Of a stretch of DNA of 64,000 bases, positions 1-13,500 are shown one piece after another (the first letter of the stretch is position 1; every line of letters begins with the position of its first letter). Source of the DNA: Squalus acanthias. Lineage: Eukaryota. The translations under genes and the position numbers were made by a program. The stretch lies in assembly GCA_030390025.1 (NCBI GenBank), contig CM059433.1, forward strand, positions 3,906,001 through 3,970,000, written 5' to 3'. The notes under the pieces were generated by a model. It searched no databases. It was not told the DNA's origin and saw only the letters and a list, made by a program, of their open reading frames with translations.

Positions 1-77
1 TGACGGAAACCAGTCCAGGAGATCACACGGACCCAGTGTTCTCTATAAAAACACTGACCTTCTCTACGATGCGATCT

Positions 78-650
78 CCGCCCCAGTCAGGAACTGGTTC
101 AGCTCCCTCTTGAGTCAGCACCCACCGCACCAGGCAATACATTCCAGAGGCTCACTGCTGTCTGGGGAAAGAAGAACCACCCAACACCCAGTCTATTCCC
201 ACTCTTACATAGTTTAAACCCACGTCCCCTGGTCCTCCCCAATCCGTTAAACTGGAATACTCTATCAGTAGGGACTCTATCCAGCCCTTTAATTATTTTA
301 TAGACCTCTATCAGGTCACCTACAAGTCTGCACTGCTCTAAGGTAAATGAAAGTGAGAAGTCGCACAACACCAGGTTATAGTCCAACAGTTTTATTTGAA
401 ATCACAAGCTTTCGGAGCTGCTGCTCCTTCATCAGGTGAAGTGAAGGAATACGAATTGGCAAAGCATATATAGACAGAAAACAATGCCTGTGTAGCGTAC
501 AATCTCAGACGACTACAGTTAATCTTTCAGACCAAGGTGCTTGAGCCTATCTGAGCAGCTGAGGGCCTTTAAGTTCAGAATCATTCTTGTAGCTCTCCTC
601 TGAACCTTTTCCAGGCCATTATATTGCCCACCATGTGAGGGGACCACTAT
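78..650 (-). mobile_element. Old CR1 fragments interrupted by the Penelope pseudo-LTR piece
   Basis: GDLIEVYKIIKGLDRV. Confidence 0.75.
353..520 (-). mobile_element. Solo Penelope pseudo-LTR fragment of the same family, with a CTGATGA...GAAA hammerhead motif
   Basis: Near-identical to the start of 34879-35044. Confidence 0.88.
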
Positions 651-723
651 TCTTTAAGAACTTTTATAGTTTGTATAGCACCATTATTGCATCAAAATTG
701 GGGGAGAATCAGACATGATGCGA

Positions 724-1416
724 GGAATTTTAATCCCAAAAAACGGGCAGATTTGGGTTGGGTGGGAGGTTAAAGTGTTAAAAATTAGAATACTGAGCCC
801 AACCCGCCTCTAACCTGCCCACGTCCGAGTTTAACGGAGGCGGGACGGGGGGCAGGCAGCCAATCCGCTCCATGGAGGCGGGTTGGCACTTTAAATAGGA
901 TAATGAGGCTGGAAGCCTTGGTTTTGACCTGCTTTGCAGGTTTAACTGTGGCTGGATCTGGTTCCCGGGCCTCGGGAAACCCGGCAGCTGCAGTGAGTCG
1001 AGGACAGCCTCGGGAGCACAGCTTGTGGGCCAGGAAGAGCAGGAGTGCTTGCTCCAGCCCTCCCCAAGCTCCCCTACCATCAGCGATCAGCGCCCCCCCG
1101 CATATACAACCACCCCCGCCCCCCACACCGGGATCGGTTCCTCCCCCCCCGCACCGGGTCGGGGATCGGACCACCTGCCCTCCCCCCGGGGTCGGGGATT
1201 GAACCTACCTGGCCCTGCGGTCTCTTCACCAGCGTTCCCCGCCCAGCTGGAAGCCAAGCCTGTCAACCAGGCTGACTTCCGGACGGGGATCCTGTCAGTG
1301 ACGTCACACGCACGCTGTGCAGTTAAAACTCCACAGCAGTCGGGAAACCCAGACTTCCGCACACTCCCGGGGCCCCACCCTGCTCCCAGTGGGTCCAGAA
1401 GTTAAAAATCCCCCCG
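724..1416. mobile_element. MITE (inverted partial homologue at about 3361-3782)
   Basis: Ends GGAATTTTAA / TTAAAAATCC. 740-920 matches the reverse complement of 3580-3770. Confidence 0.75.
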
Positions 1417-1959
1417 ATCCCCATGTGACTGAAAGCATGGTCAAAGAGGTTGGTTGTAAGGAGACAAATTAAAATATACTGAAATTGGACTGCATTAAAT
1501 ATATTTACTGATGACCCTTGTTCTGTGTGTATCATTTTGAAATTAGGAACTGAAACTGACAGGAAATGACCGGCCTCTGTTATTAAGATACAATTACATT
1601 TGTAATAGATAATTGATCAGTCTGATGTGGAAGAGTTCCACCAGCTGTCTCAAAACAAGAGGCAGTTCCATCTATTATTAACCTCAAGGGAACTATTGGT
1701 TACGCAAATTGTTCTATGGGTGACACGCTGTACTTTAATCATTTAGATGTTGCCTGACCTCACTAGCAGGTCTCCTGTGGCATTGCTCATCATTAGTCAG
1801 AGGATACAGCATTTTGTACATTATATCCACAATGTATTATTTGGCTGCTACAGTGAAGGTGCGTGTAACGGATGTGTTCCTTTAAGGCCACAAGCTCTAA
1901 TTGCTGGCATGAAAGAGGTGGGGGTGGGGTGGGTCGCAACAGATCAGGGGCCAGAGGAG

Positions 1960-3359
1960 AGAACATAAGAACATAAGAAATAGGAGCAGGAGTAGGCCAT
2001 TCGGCCCTTCGAGCAATTCAATGAGATCATGGCTGATCTTCTGCCTCAACTCCATTCACCGGCCCTATCGCCATATCCCTTAATGCCCTTACTAGTCAGA
2101 AATCTATCGACTTCTGTTTTGAATAAACCCAATGACTGAGCCTCCACAACCCTCTGGGGTAGAGAATTCCAAAGATTCACCACACTCTGTGTGAAGAAAT
2201 GTCTTCTCATCTCAGTCCTGAATGGCCTACCCTTTATCCTGAGGCTGTGGCCCTTGGTTCTAGACTCCCCAGCCAAGGGAAACATTCTCCCAGCATCCAC
2301 CCTATCAAGCCCTGTAATAATTTTGTATGCTTCAATGAGATCCCCTCTCATTCTTCTGAATTCAAGAGAATACAGGCCTAGTTTACTCAATCTCTTCTCA
2401 TACGACAGTCCCGCCATCCCAGGAATCAATCTCGTGAACCTTCATTGCACTCCCTCAATGCAAGTATATCCTTCCTTAGGTAAGGAGACCAAAATTGTAC
2501 ACGGTACTCCAGGTGTGGTCTCACCAAGGCCCTATATAATTGGAGTAAGACTTCTTTACTCCTGTACTCAAATCCTCTTGTAATGAAGGCCAGCATACCA
2601 TTTGCCTTCCTAATAGCTTGCTGCACCTGCACATTCACTTTCAGTGACTCATGTACAAGGACACCCAGGTCCCTTTGAGCATCTGCATTCCCCAATCTTT
2701 CACCATTTAGGAAATACTCTGCCTTTGTTTTTTCTACCAAAGTGGATAACTTCACATTTATCCACATTATATTCCATCTGCCATGTTCTCGCCCACTCAC
2801 TGAGCCTGTCGAGATTCCCTTGAAGCCTCTTCACATCCTCTTCGCAACTGACACTGCCACCTAGCTTTGTATCATCAGCAAATTTGGAAATGTTACATTT
2901 AGTCCCCTCATCCAAATCATTGATATAGATTGTGAATAGCTGGGGCCCAAGCACCGATCCTTGCGGTACCCCACGAGTCACAGCCTGCCATCCTGAAAAA
3001 GATCTGTTTATCCCTACTCTTTGTTTTGTGTCTGTTAACCAATTCTCAATCCATGCTAGTATATTACCCCCAATTCCATGTGCCCTAATTTTGTTCACCA
3101 ACCTCTTGTGTGGGACCTTATCGAAGGCCTTCTGAAAATCCAGATACACCACATCTACCGGTTCCCCTTTGTCTACTCCACTAGTTACATCCTCAAAGAA
3201 TTCCAATAGGTTTGTCAAACAGGATTTCCCTTTCATAAATCCATGTTGACTCTGCCCAATCTTACTATTAGTTTCTAAGTGCCCAGTTATTGCATCCTTT
3301 ATAATAGATTCCAGCATTTTCCCAACTACTGATGTGAGGCTAACAGGTCTGTAGTTCCC
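1960..3359 (-). mobile_element. Truncated CR1 LINE with frameshifts
   Basis: RT motifs NYRPVSLTS, PQGSVLGP and FADD. The tail is at about 1960. Confidence 0.95.
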
Positions 3360-5210
3360 CGAGGGAGGAGTTCGGAGCATCACCGGCGGGCCGGAGGAGC
3401 ATGGCTGGGGGGTGGAGGGGGGATCGGAGGCCTCGCGAGGGAGTCTCCAATCGCGTGGGGGGTGGGTTAGGTAGAGACGCTGGATCCAGCAGTCCGCACC
3501 TTCCATTGGCTGGCGGGTTTCATGAGGCCTGCAGATACCGACCAGCTAAAGTAAAATTCACAATGGAGGTTAAATCAGAGGCTTCCAGCCTCATTATAAT
3601 ATTAGTATGTTCGACCCGCCTCCTGGGAGCGGATTGGCTGCCCGCCCCTCGTCCTGCCTCCGTTAAAACCGGAAGTGGGTGGGTTGGAGGCGGGTTCTGG
3701 TCGGGATTGACATTTTTTACATTTTAACTTCCCACTTGACCCCAACCCACCTGATTATTTAGGTTAAAATTCCCCCCCCCCCGACCTAGAAGTCAGAAAT
3801 AGAAAATTGTTGAGGGAAAAAAAAGTACGAATAAAAACGTGAACCTGGGATAGAATGCTGCCACCCAGGACAGGAGAGTTATACAATGCAATGCACCAGT
3901 TATTATTCTGCTGGTGAGATTCAGTTGTGTCTGTTTAAAGCCGTAGACCCAAAAATCCATGGCCTTTCCGGCACATTCCGGTGGGAGTCCGCCAGAATGG
4001 TCAAAATCCAAGCTGAGGCCTACATAAGATGGGTGATATAGGCGCCCTATAAAAGGGCCATCAAATCGATATCTACCTTAAAAGCCCTTAGTTACCACAA
4101 TAGGCTTCAAGAGCCGGGTCTCCTTACTCTAGAAAAGCTTAGACATCAGTGAGATTAGACTGAGGTTCTTCAATGAAAGGCCAAGACTAGTGTCCATGTG
4201 GATAGACTATTTGAATTAGATAGGTGAAGGGAGAACCAGGGGTATATATGTATAATTTACGTTAGTGTAGAATTAGGTTAGGTGTCAGGAAGATGTTATT
4301 TTCACAGAGGAACAAGTTACCGCTCGTGCAGAATGCGGATTCGCTGCACGTGTTGAAAGGTGAGCTGGACAGGTATCTGTACTTACTGTCTTTAACGCAT
4401 TATTAGCTGATCTCCTGTGGCATTGCTCAGAATGATTTGGCAGACACACCCGGAGTCCATTTTGACTTTGGGATGCCTGACCGGTCGAGCCAGTCGCCCG
4501 TCCCCGTGACAAAGAGGCGGCCATGATTTTCAGACCCAGGCCTCGTTTGCTTCGAGCCACAATGCTGCGAGGCACCAAACAGGCACCCTGATGCATCTCG
4601 CCGGAGTGAGGCTGCCCAGTATCGGCCCGAAGTGGTTGGCAACAAGGTAAGTGTGGGTGGGTGGGGGGCGGGGTGGGTATCCCTGACCCCGATTTGCATG
4701 TTAAAAGGAGCCTACTGCCTTAAACAGGCAGGTGTTTTGGGCGGTAGGTCCCTTTCCAAATGCATTGTCAGAATTAACAGGGCGGTAAGGCTACCGATCC
4801 ATTTTGAGGCCATTACCACCCCATTAACGCCAGGCATAACAAGTGAAAATCGGCCCTCTTCTGTGTGTATTAAATAATAACCAAGACCGTGTAGAAGCCA
4901 GAAATGGTATTGCATTTTTTTAATAGCCTAGAATTGTTCTTGTCTCTGTCACTGTTGCTCTACACCTCTGTAAAATGGATGATCTTGTAATGCCTCTGGA
5001 ACAGTGCATTGGCCATGTCCTGAATGCCCGTGGACATGGTTCTCTGGCTTCCCAAGATGTACCCCTCCAGATGATTGAAATAGTTTGGTGGTGAAAAGTT
5101 CAGAGATCCTGTTATCTTCACAACCGCAGTTAGAGTGATTCTGATCCTCAGAATACCCTCAGTCCTTTGCTCTCAGTTTAAGAACATAAGAACTAGGAGC
5201 AGGAGTGGGT

Positions 5211-5732
5211 CACACGGCCCCTCGAGCCTGCTCCGCCATACGGCCCCTCGAGCCTGCTCCACCATACGGCCCCTCGAGCCTGCTGCGCCACACGGCCCCT
5301 CGAGCCTGCTCCGCCACACGGCCCCTCGAGCCTGCTCCGCCACACGGCCCCTCGAGCCTGCTCCGCCACACGGCCCCTCGAGCCTGCTCCGCCACACGGC
5401 CGCTCGAGCCTGCTCCGCCACACGGCCCCTCGAGCCTGCTCCGCCACACGGCCCCTCGAGCCTGCTGCGCCACACGGCCCCTCGAGCCTGCTCCGCCACA
5501 CGGCCCCTCGAGCCTGCTCCGCCACACGGCCCCTCGAGCCTGCTCCGCCACACGGCCCCTCGAGCCTGCTCCGCCACACGGCCCCTCGAGCCTGCTCCGC
5601 CACACGGCCCCTCGAGCCTGCTCCGCCACACGGCCCCTCGAGCCTGCTCCGCCACACGGCCCCTCGAGCCTGCTCCGCCACACGGCCCCTCGAGCCTGCT
5701 CCGCCACACGGCCCCTCGAGCCTGCTCCGCCA
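5211..5732. repeat. 26-bp minisatellite, about 20 units, inside a CR1 3' UTR
   Basis: Unit CACACGGCCCCTCGAGCCTGCTCCGC. It occurs once in other CR1 tails, e.g. near 19878 and 59253. Confidence 0.97.
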
Positions 5733-5997
5733 TTCAATAAGATCATGGCTGATCATCGACCTCAACTCCACTTTCCTGCCCGATCTCCATATCTCTTGAT
5801 TCCCCTAAAGTCCAAAAATCTATCGATCTCAGCCTTAAATATACTCAACGACTGAGCCTCCACAGCCCCCTGGGGTAGGAAATTCCAAAGATTCACCACC
5901 CTCTGAGTGAAGTAATTCCTCCTCATCTCAGTCTGAAATGGCCGATCCCTTATTCTGAGACTCTGTCCCCTAGTTCTAGCCTCTCCAGCCAGGGAAA

Positions 5998-6403
5998 TGG
6001 TAGCATAGTGGTAATGTTACTGGACTAGTAATCCAGAGGCCTGGGCTAATAATCCAGAGACCATAAATTCATAATCCACCACTGCAGCTGGGGAATTTAA
6101 ATTTAGTTGATTAAGTAAATCTGGAATAAAAAAGCTGCTATCAGTAATGGTGACCATGTAAAAATGCACCTGGTTCACTAATATCTTTTAGGGAAGGAAA
6201 TCTGCCGTCCTCACCTGGTCTGGCCGATATGTGACTCCAGACACAGCAAAGTGGCTGACTCTTAAATGGCCTAGCAAGCCACTCAGTTGTACCAAACCGC
6301 TACGACAAAGTCACTCTGGGAGCACCTTCGCCACACGGGCTGCAGCGATTCAAGAAGGCGGCTCACCACTGCCTTCACAAAGGCAATTAGGGATGGGCAA
6401 TAA
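5998..6403 (+). mobile_element. Second tRNA-like SINE family, inserted into a CR1
   Basis: Head TAGCATAGTGGTAA. The tail GGCAATTAGGGATGGGCAATAA is shared with minus-strand LINE-tail fragments at 54570-54720 and 56710-57035. Confidence 0.65.
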
Positions 6404-7634
6404 CTTAACAGGGGAAACAACCTCTCAGCATCTACCCTGTCAATCCCCCTCAGAATCTTGTATGTTTCAATGAGATCACCTCTCATTCTTCTAAACTCCA
6501 GAGAGTATAGGCCCATTCTATACAATCTCTCATCATAGGACAGCCCTCTCATCCCAGGAATCAATCTAGTGAACATTTGTTGCACCTCCTCTAAGGCAAG
6601 TATATCCTTCCTCGGATAAGGAGAGCAAAACTGTGCACAGTACTCCAGGTGTGGTCTCACCAAAGCCCTGTACAATTGTAACAAGACTTCCTTACTCTTA
6701 CACTCCAACCCTGTTGCAATAAAGGCCAACATGCCATTTGCCTTCCTAATTGCTTGCTGTACCTGCATGCTAACTCTCTATTTTTCCTGTATGAGGACAC
6801 CTAAATCTCTCTGAACACCAACATTTAATAGCTTCTCACCATTTAAAAAATATTGGGCTGTACTTTGCGACCCCTATGGGTGCGTACGAGGTGTGTATGC
6901 GCCCATAAGGACCGCTCAAGTTCTGGGTTTAGGCATGCAAAGCACAAGGATAACTGATCCTTGCGGCACCCCACTAGTTACAGCCTGCCAACCTGAAAAT
7001 GACCCATTTATCCCTACTCTCTGTTTTCTGTCCATTAACCAATCCTCTATCCATGCTAATCTATTACCCCAACCCCACAAGCCCTTATCTTGCATAACAA
7101 CCTTTTATGTGGCACCTTATCGAATGCCTTTTGGAAATCCAAATATACTATATCCACTGGTTCTCCTTTATTTACCCTACTCATTACATCCTCAAAAAAC
7201 TCTAATAAATTTGTTAAACACGATTTCCCTTTCATAAAACCATGTTGACTCTGCCTAATCATGTTATGATTTTGTAAGTGCCCTGTTACCACTTCCTTAA
7301 TAATGGATTCCAACATTTTCCCGACAACAGATGTCAGGCTAACTGGCCTGTAGTTCCCTGTTTTCTCTCTCCCTCCTTTCTTGAATAGTGGGGTTACATT
7401 TTCTACCTTTCAATCCACTGGGAGCGTTTTAGAATCTAGGGAATGTTGGAAGATCACAACCAATGCATCCACTATCTCTGCAGCCACCTCTTTTAGAACC
7501 CTAGGATGTAAGCCGTCAGGTCCAGGGGATTTGTTGGCTTTTAGTCCCTGTAGTTTCTCACAGTACAACAATTGCCAGCTTTCACTAATAATAGATGGGA
7601 AGTTGGTTTGATCTATGTGATGTTAAGAGACCAA

Positions 7635-8313
7635 GGGCGAAAAATGGAGTCACGCCCCGGAAAAATTAGCGCCCCTGCGATCGAAATTGCGTGGTAGCGC
7701 CCCAAGAGAGAAGCGGGGCGCTACTGGAAGCGCCCCGCCTCCCTCCTGGGGCGCTGCGAGGGAATATCGCGGCGCTACGTGCTGCGGTATTGCAGGCCTT
7801 CCTCCCCTTCTTAAAGGGGAGGGGCCTTGTGCAGCGCAACCCGGGGCCCAGCTGGGCCACCAGGGATCGGAGTGCCGGCAAAAGAGCCCGGCATTCAAGA
7901 GAAGTGCCAGGCACATGGAGCGCAGCCGGCACTCCGCAGGGGGGGCAGGTAAGGAGGCCGGGGACGGGAGTGGAGGCAGGTGCTGGCAGGCGGCCAACAC
8001 CTCGCCTTTAATTAGCACCGCCCTGGCCGCAGGTAGGCCCCCCTGACCCCATCGGACATAGCGTCCGGCGGTAAGTCAGGAGGCACTACCGAAGATCGCG
8101 GCCGGGGCACGAGCGGGGTGCTGCGCATGGCGATGACATCATCACCGGCGGTGCAGCGCCGCGGGGCGTTAACGGTTAGTGCCGCCACTAACCTCTGGCT
8201 GAATTTCGTGGGAGGTGTCGACGGTGCCGCGGCCAGGCGCTAGTTGCTTTGCGCCCCATTAGCACCCTCTTAGGGCGCTAACGGGAGGCGCAAAGCAACC
8301 GCATTTTTCCCCC
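7635..8313. mobile_element. GC-rich PIF/Harbinger-type MITE
   Basis: TIR GGGCGAAAAATG / CATTTTTCCCCC and 3-bp TSD CAA. Inverted homologue of 42924-43649. Confidence 0.8.
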
Positions 8314-10554
8314 CAAGCACGCATTTTCATTCTAATGATCTGTAGTAATGCAACTAAGGTGCTGAACTAGTGGGCTGTCCAATTATATTAGTTGTGGGTG
8401 TCCTTGAAGTGTATTGTAAGGGAGATGGTTCCTGTTTGGCATCTAAGTGGTGCATGCATTTGAAGTGTGTTGTCAGCTAATGTGCTGTTTGGACGATCCT
8501 TCGTTTTGTCAGGGAACACTTAAAGTTGTGTCCTTGTTACACTGTGCCAAATATATGCTTGTGACAAAGTAAATGTGTCATGGAAATGGTAGCATAATGC
8601 CGACTTTTCGTTGTGTTGAAACTGTTTACCATTCCTTGGCAGGACCTGTTGTTCGACATCCAGAGCTCCCGCATTAAACAGCCAGAGGCCTCATGCATTC
8701 ATACAAATAGGGGTCAAGTGAGGTCATTTAGACCCCAGCGCCATGTTCATCTCTGGCTGCCTGATTCCTGCCAGTTCCTGCTCCCTCTCACCAATCATGG
8801 CCGTATAAGTTGGGAGGTGGGCCTTGGGAGCAATAGTGAAAGGGATCCTCGGGCGTTGCCAGGTAAAGCTGGTTGCGACTTTTGGAGACCTGTTTCTGGC
8901 AGTCGTTTACGCGTTTCCCCCCTTAACGGTTCTGAAATCTTCTGAAGTTGCTGCTTTAGGTCCTTTACTCACGTTACCTGCTGCCCCACATTGTGGCTGC
9001 TTTCTGTTCCTTACGTTGAATACACCTCGTCTTTGAGCTGCTCCTGCCGGCTATTGACAAGTGGCTGCACCTCCCAATTTCCTGTGTCTGAGTCGGAGAG
9101 CTACCTGGGGGGAGGAGCTCATTTTGTGCTGTCAGCTCACAGACTGCATTATCACGAAGGCTGACCATGAAAAACGATTGGGTCCCACGCTGAGTCATCC
9201 AGGTGGACACCGCGCATGCCTCACCCACCGCCCGTCCATTTACCACATGCAGACAAAATCGACCCGCGCGTGTGTGTTGGCAAGTTATATTTAGACATGA
9301 GCAGGTCCATGCACGGTGCACGGTACCACATGTATGTGCATGTGTGTGTGTGCACATACTGAGAAGCTTTGGATTTCAGAGGAAGCAAGAGCATTGATTG
9401 AATGTCGTGAGTATATTGAATACACGGCTGGTACAGGGCAGGAAGTGTTGGTCTGTGGGAAAGAAACAAAATTCAATGATAGGCCACATAACTGCACGAG
9501 AATTATCTTTACTATCAAGAGTAGTTTATCTTGTGTAGATTCAGCGTTCCTCTTTGTGAACCTTATTGCTCATTGCATTGTTTGTGTGGCTCTGTGCCCA
9601 TGAGCAAGTAACTAGCAGAGTTAAAATATTCAAATGGAATGAAATGATGAATTTTGTCCATTTTGTATCTGCCTCTTTATCAGCAGAATAATACTGGCTG
9701 TTTTAGGAACATGCCCATTTGTGATAAAATTGTTCGAAGTCAGCTAATTCAGATGACAGTACCCAGCTGTTCCAACAATGGCTGAAGCTGCAGCCTCTGC
9801 ACCTGTTCAATTATCTACACATGCAATGATAGAAATCTGGAGCTATCTGTGTCCAGGGACTCGGAAATAAAAGCCTTTAATCTGTGTCATTAAAAGGTGT
9901 CTTCAGTCAAAGGGGAGACCTGCTTTGTTGTAATAATGTGCCCACATGGCCTCAACTAATATTTTATTTTGCCAACTGCAACAAATGTCAGCCCAGCTGT
10001 ATCCAAATGACTTGATCAAAATATCTTCTCTTATTGATTGATGTGAGCCACTTCCTTGTGTCATTGATTGTACCCTTTGTCCCACAATGATAAAGTACTG
10101 AGATAGGAATCATTGTAAAGAATGAAGACCTCTTCAACGATACAGCAAGCTCATTTTGCTTTGGCTTTGAACTTTTTACTTAGTTATCTGAAAAAAGCAA
10201 CATATTTACTACCAGATATAATAAAGTAGAATCAATGATTAAACAAGAATGTTTGTTAATTCACAATGAAGTAGAAAATGTAACAATGGGGTTGATACTG
10301 TGAACTGGGAACAGTGCGTTGGAAACTCTGCTTTATGGGCTTCGTGTGCACCTCCAGGGCTGGCCTTACGGGTGGGCAGCCTGGGTGACCGCCCAGGGCA
10401 CCATGGTCAGGGGGACGCCATGGTCAAGAGGGTCTGGCATTAACGGTGTCGGCCACTCCGGAGAACTTGCCGATCTCCAAAGTCTGCGTCCAACAGACTG
10501 TGGCGCTACTCAAGAAAAGCAAACTTCAAGTTTCAAGAGCAAGTTCCCAAACAC

Positions 10555-13500
10555 ATGGAGAGCACTCAGGATCCTGTTAACCCTGCCCGTATCGAGGGCG
10601 ATGGAGAGCACTCAGGATCCTGTTAACCGTGTCCGTATCACTAGTGATGGAGAGCACTCAGGATCCTGTTAACCCTGCCCGTATCGAGGGTGATGGAGAG
10701 CACTCAGGATCCTGTTAACCGTGTCCGTACCACTGGTGATGGAGAACACTCGGGACCCTGTTAACCCTGCCCGTATCACTGGTGATGGAGAACACTCGGG
10801 ACCCTGTTAACCCTGCCCGTATCGAGGGCGATGGAGAGCACTCAGGATCCTGTTAACCATGTCCGTACCACTGGTGATGGAGAACACTCGGGACCCTGTT
10901 AACCCTGCCCGTATCACTGGTGATGGAGAACACTCGAGACCCTGTTAACCCTGCCCGTATCACTGGTGATGGAGAACACTCGGGATCCTGTTAACCCTGC
11001 CCGTATCACTGGTGATGGAGAACACTCGGGATCCTGTTAACCCTGCCCGTATCGAGGGCGATGGAGAGCACTCAGGATCCTGTTAACCCTGCCCGTATCA
11101 CTGGTGATGGAGAGCACTCAGGATCCTGTTAACCGTGTCCATATCAGTGGCGATGGAGAGCACTCAGGATCCTGTTAACCCTGCCCGTATCGGTGGCGAT
11201 GGAGAGCACTCAGGATCCTGTTAACCGTGCCCGTATCGAGGGCGATGGAGAGCACTCAGGATCCTGTTAACCGTGTCCGTATCACTGGTGATGGAGAACA
11301 CTCGGGATCCTGTTAACCGTGTCCGTATCACTGGTGATGGAGAACACTCGGGATCCTGTTAACCCTGCCCGTATCGGTGGCAATGGAGAGCACTCAGGAT
11401 CCTGTTAACCGTGTCCATATCGGTGGCGATGGAGAGCACTCAGGATCCTGTTAACCGTGCCCGTATCGGTGGCGATGAAACAGTTTGGGTGGAGATAAGG
11501 AATAATAAGGGGAAAACAACATTAGTGGGCGTAGTCTATAGGCCTCCGAACAGTTGCAACTCTATTGGACGGAGTATCAATCAGGAAATAGTTGAGGCAT
11601 GTAATAAGGGAACATCTATAATTATGGGGGATTTTAACTATCATATCAATTGGACAAATCAAATGGGGCAGGGCTGCCTTGAGGATGAGTTCATTGAGTG
11701 TATTAGGGATGGGTTTCTTGAGCAGTATGTAACTGAACCGACCAGGGGGCAAGCAACCTTAGATCTGGTCCTGTGTAACGAGACAGGATTAATTAAAAAT
11801 GTCCTAGTAAAGGATCCCCTTGGAATGAGTGACCATAACATGGTTGAATTCCATATTCAATTAGAGGGTGAGAAGGTTGGATCTCAAACAAGCGTGCTAA
11901 GCTTGAATAAAGGAGACTATGAAGGTATGCGAGCGGAATTGAGTAGAGTGGATTGGGAAAATAGATTAAAGGGTAAGACGACACATGATCAGTGGTGTAC
12001 ATTCAAGGAGTTATTTTACAACTTCCAAAAAAAATATATTCCACTGAAAAGAAAAGGGTGTAAAAGAAAGGACAGTCATCCGTGGCTAAGTAAAGAAATT
12101 AAGGATAGTATTCGACTAAAAACAAGGGCATATAAGGTAGCGAAATCTAGTGGGAGGACAGAGGATTGGGAAAACTTTAAAAGGCAGCAAAAAATAACAA
12201 AAAGATTGATTAAGAAAGGGAAGATAGATTATGAAAGTAAATTAGCAAAAAATATAAAAACAGATAGTAAGAGTTTTTATAGTTATATAAAAAGAAAAAG
12301 GGTGGCTAAAGTAAATGTTGGTCCCTTAGAGGATGAGACCGGGAAATTAATGGTGGGAAATATGGAGATGGCAAAAACACTGAATGAATATTTTGTATCA
12401 GTCTTTACAGTAGAGGACACTAAGAATATCCCAACACTGGACAAACAGGGGGCTATAGGGGGAGAGGAGCTAAACACGATCAAAATCACTAAGGAAGTGG
12501 TACTCGGTAAAATAATGGGACTCAAGGCGGATAAATCACCTGGACCTGATGGCTTACATCCTAGAGTCTTGAAGGAAGTGGCGGTAGGGATTGTAGATGC
12601 ATTGGTAATAATTTTTCAAAACTCCCTGGATTCCGCTAAGGTCCCGGCAGACTGGAAAACTGCTAATGTAACACCCTTATTTAAAAAGGGCAGTAGACAG
12701 AAGGCTGGTAACTATAGACCGGTTAGCCTAACATCTGTGGTAGGTAAAATTTTGGAGTCCATTATTAAGGAAACAGTAACAGGACATTTGGATAATCATA
12801 ATTTAATAGGACAAAGTCAGCATGGTTTTACGAAGGGGAAGTCATGTTTGACAAATTTGCTGGAGTTCTTTGAGGAAGTAACATATAGAGTGGATAAAGG
12901 GGAACCAGTGGACGTAGTGTATTTAGACTTCCAAAAGGCATTTGACAAGGTGCCACACAAAAGATTATTGCTTAAGGTAAAAAATCACGGGATTGGGGGT
13001 AATATTCTGGCATGGATAGAGGATTGGCTATCTAACAGAAAGCAAAGAGTTGGGATAAATGGTTCATTCTCAGACTGGCAATCAGTAACTAGTGGTGTTC
13101 CACAGGGGTCAGTGCTGGGTCCCCAACTCTTCACAATCTATATTAACGATTTGGAGGAAGGGACCAAGTGTAACATATCAAAATTTGCAGATGATACAAA
13201 GATGGGAGGGAAAGTAGTGAGTGAGGAGGACATAAAAAACCTGCAAGGGGACATAGACAGGCTAAGTAAGTGGGCAGAGATTTGGCAGATGGAATACAAC
13301 ACTGGAAAGTGTGAGGTGATGCACTTTGGCAGGAAAAATCCTAGAGCAATTTATTATCTTAATGGCAAGAAACTGGAGAGTACTGAAGTGCAAAGGGATC
13401 TGGGGGTCCTGGTGCACGAAACTCAAAAGGTTAGTATGCAGGTGCAGCAAGTGATTAAGAAGGCAAATGGAATGTTGGCTTTCATTGCTAGGGGGATAGA

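Larger units (their letters stand above)
5180..7555 (-). mobile_element. Fragmented CR1 LINE containing the 26-bp array and a SINE
   Basis: ORF2 fragments at 6283-6768 and 7056-7316. The tail is at about 5180. Confidence 0.92.

Noticed and set aside
1771..4429. 19-bp exact repeat TCTCCTGTGGCATTGCTCA as a TSD
   Set aside because: It does not bound any single identifiable element.
7635..8313. CpG-island promoter
   Set aside because: It has TIRs, a TSD and a homologue at 42924, so it is a MITE.
8643..8717. Possible plus-strand exon (ttggcag...GTGAGG)
   Set aside because: No recognisable protein and no partner exons.
10555..11476. CRISPR-like array
   Set aside because: The units are contiguous with no unique spacers, there are no cas genes, and the context is eukaryotic. 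The same applies to 5211-5732.
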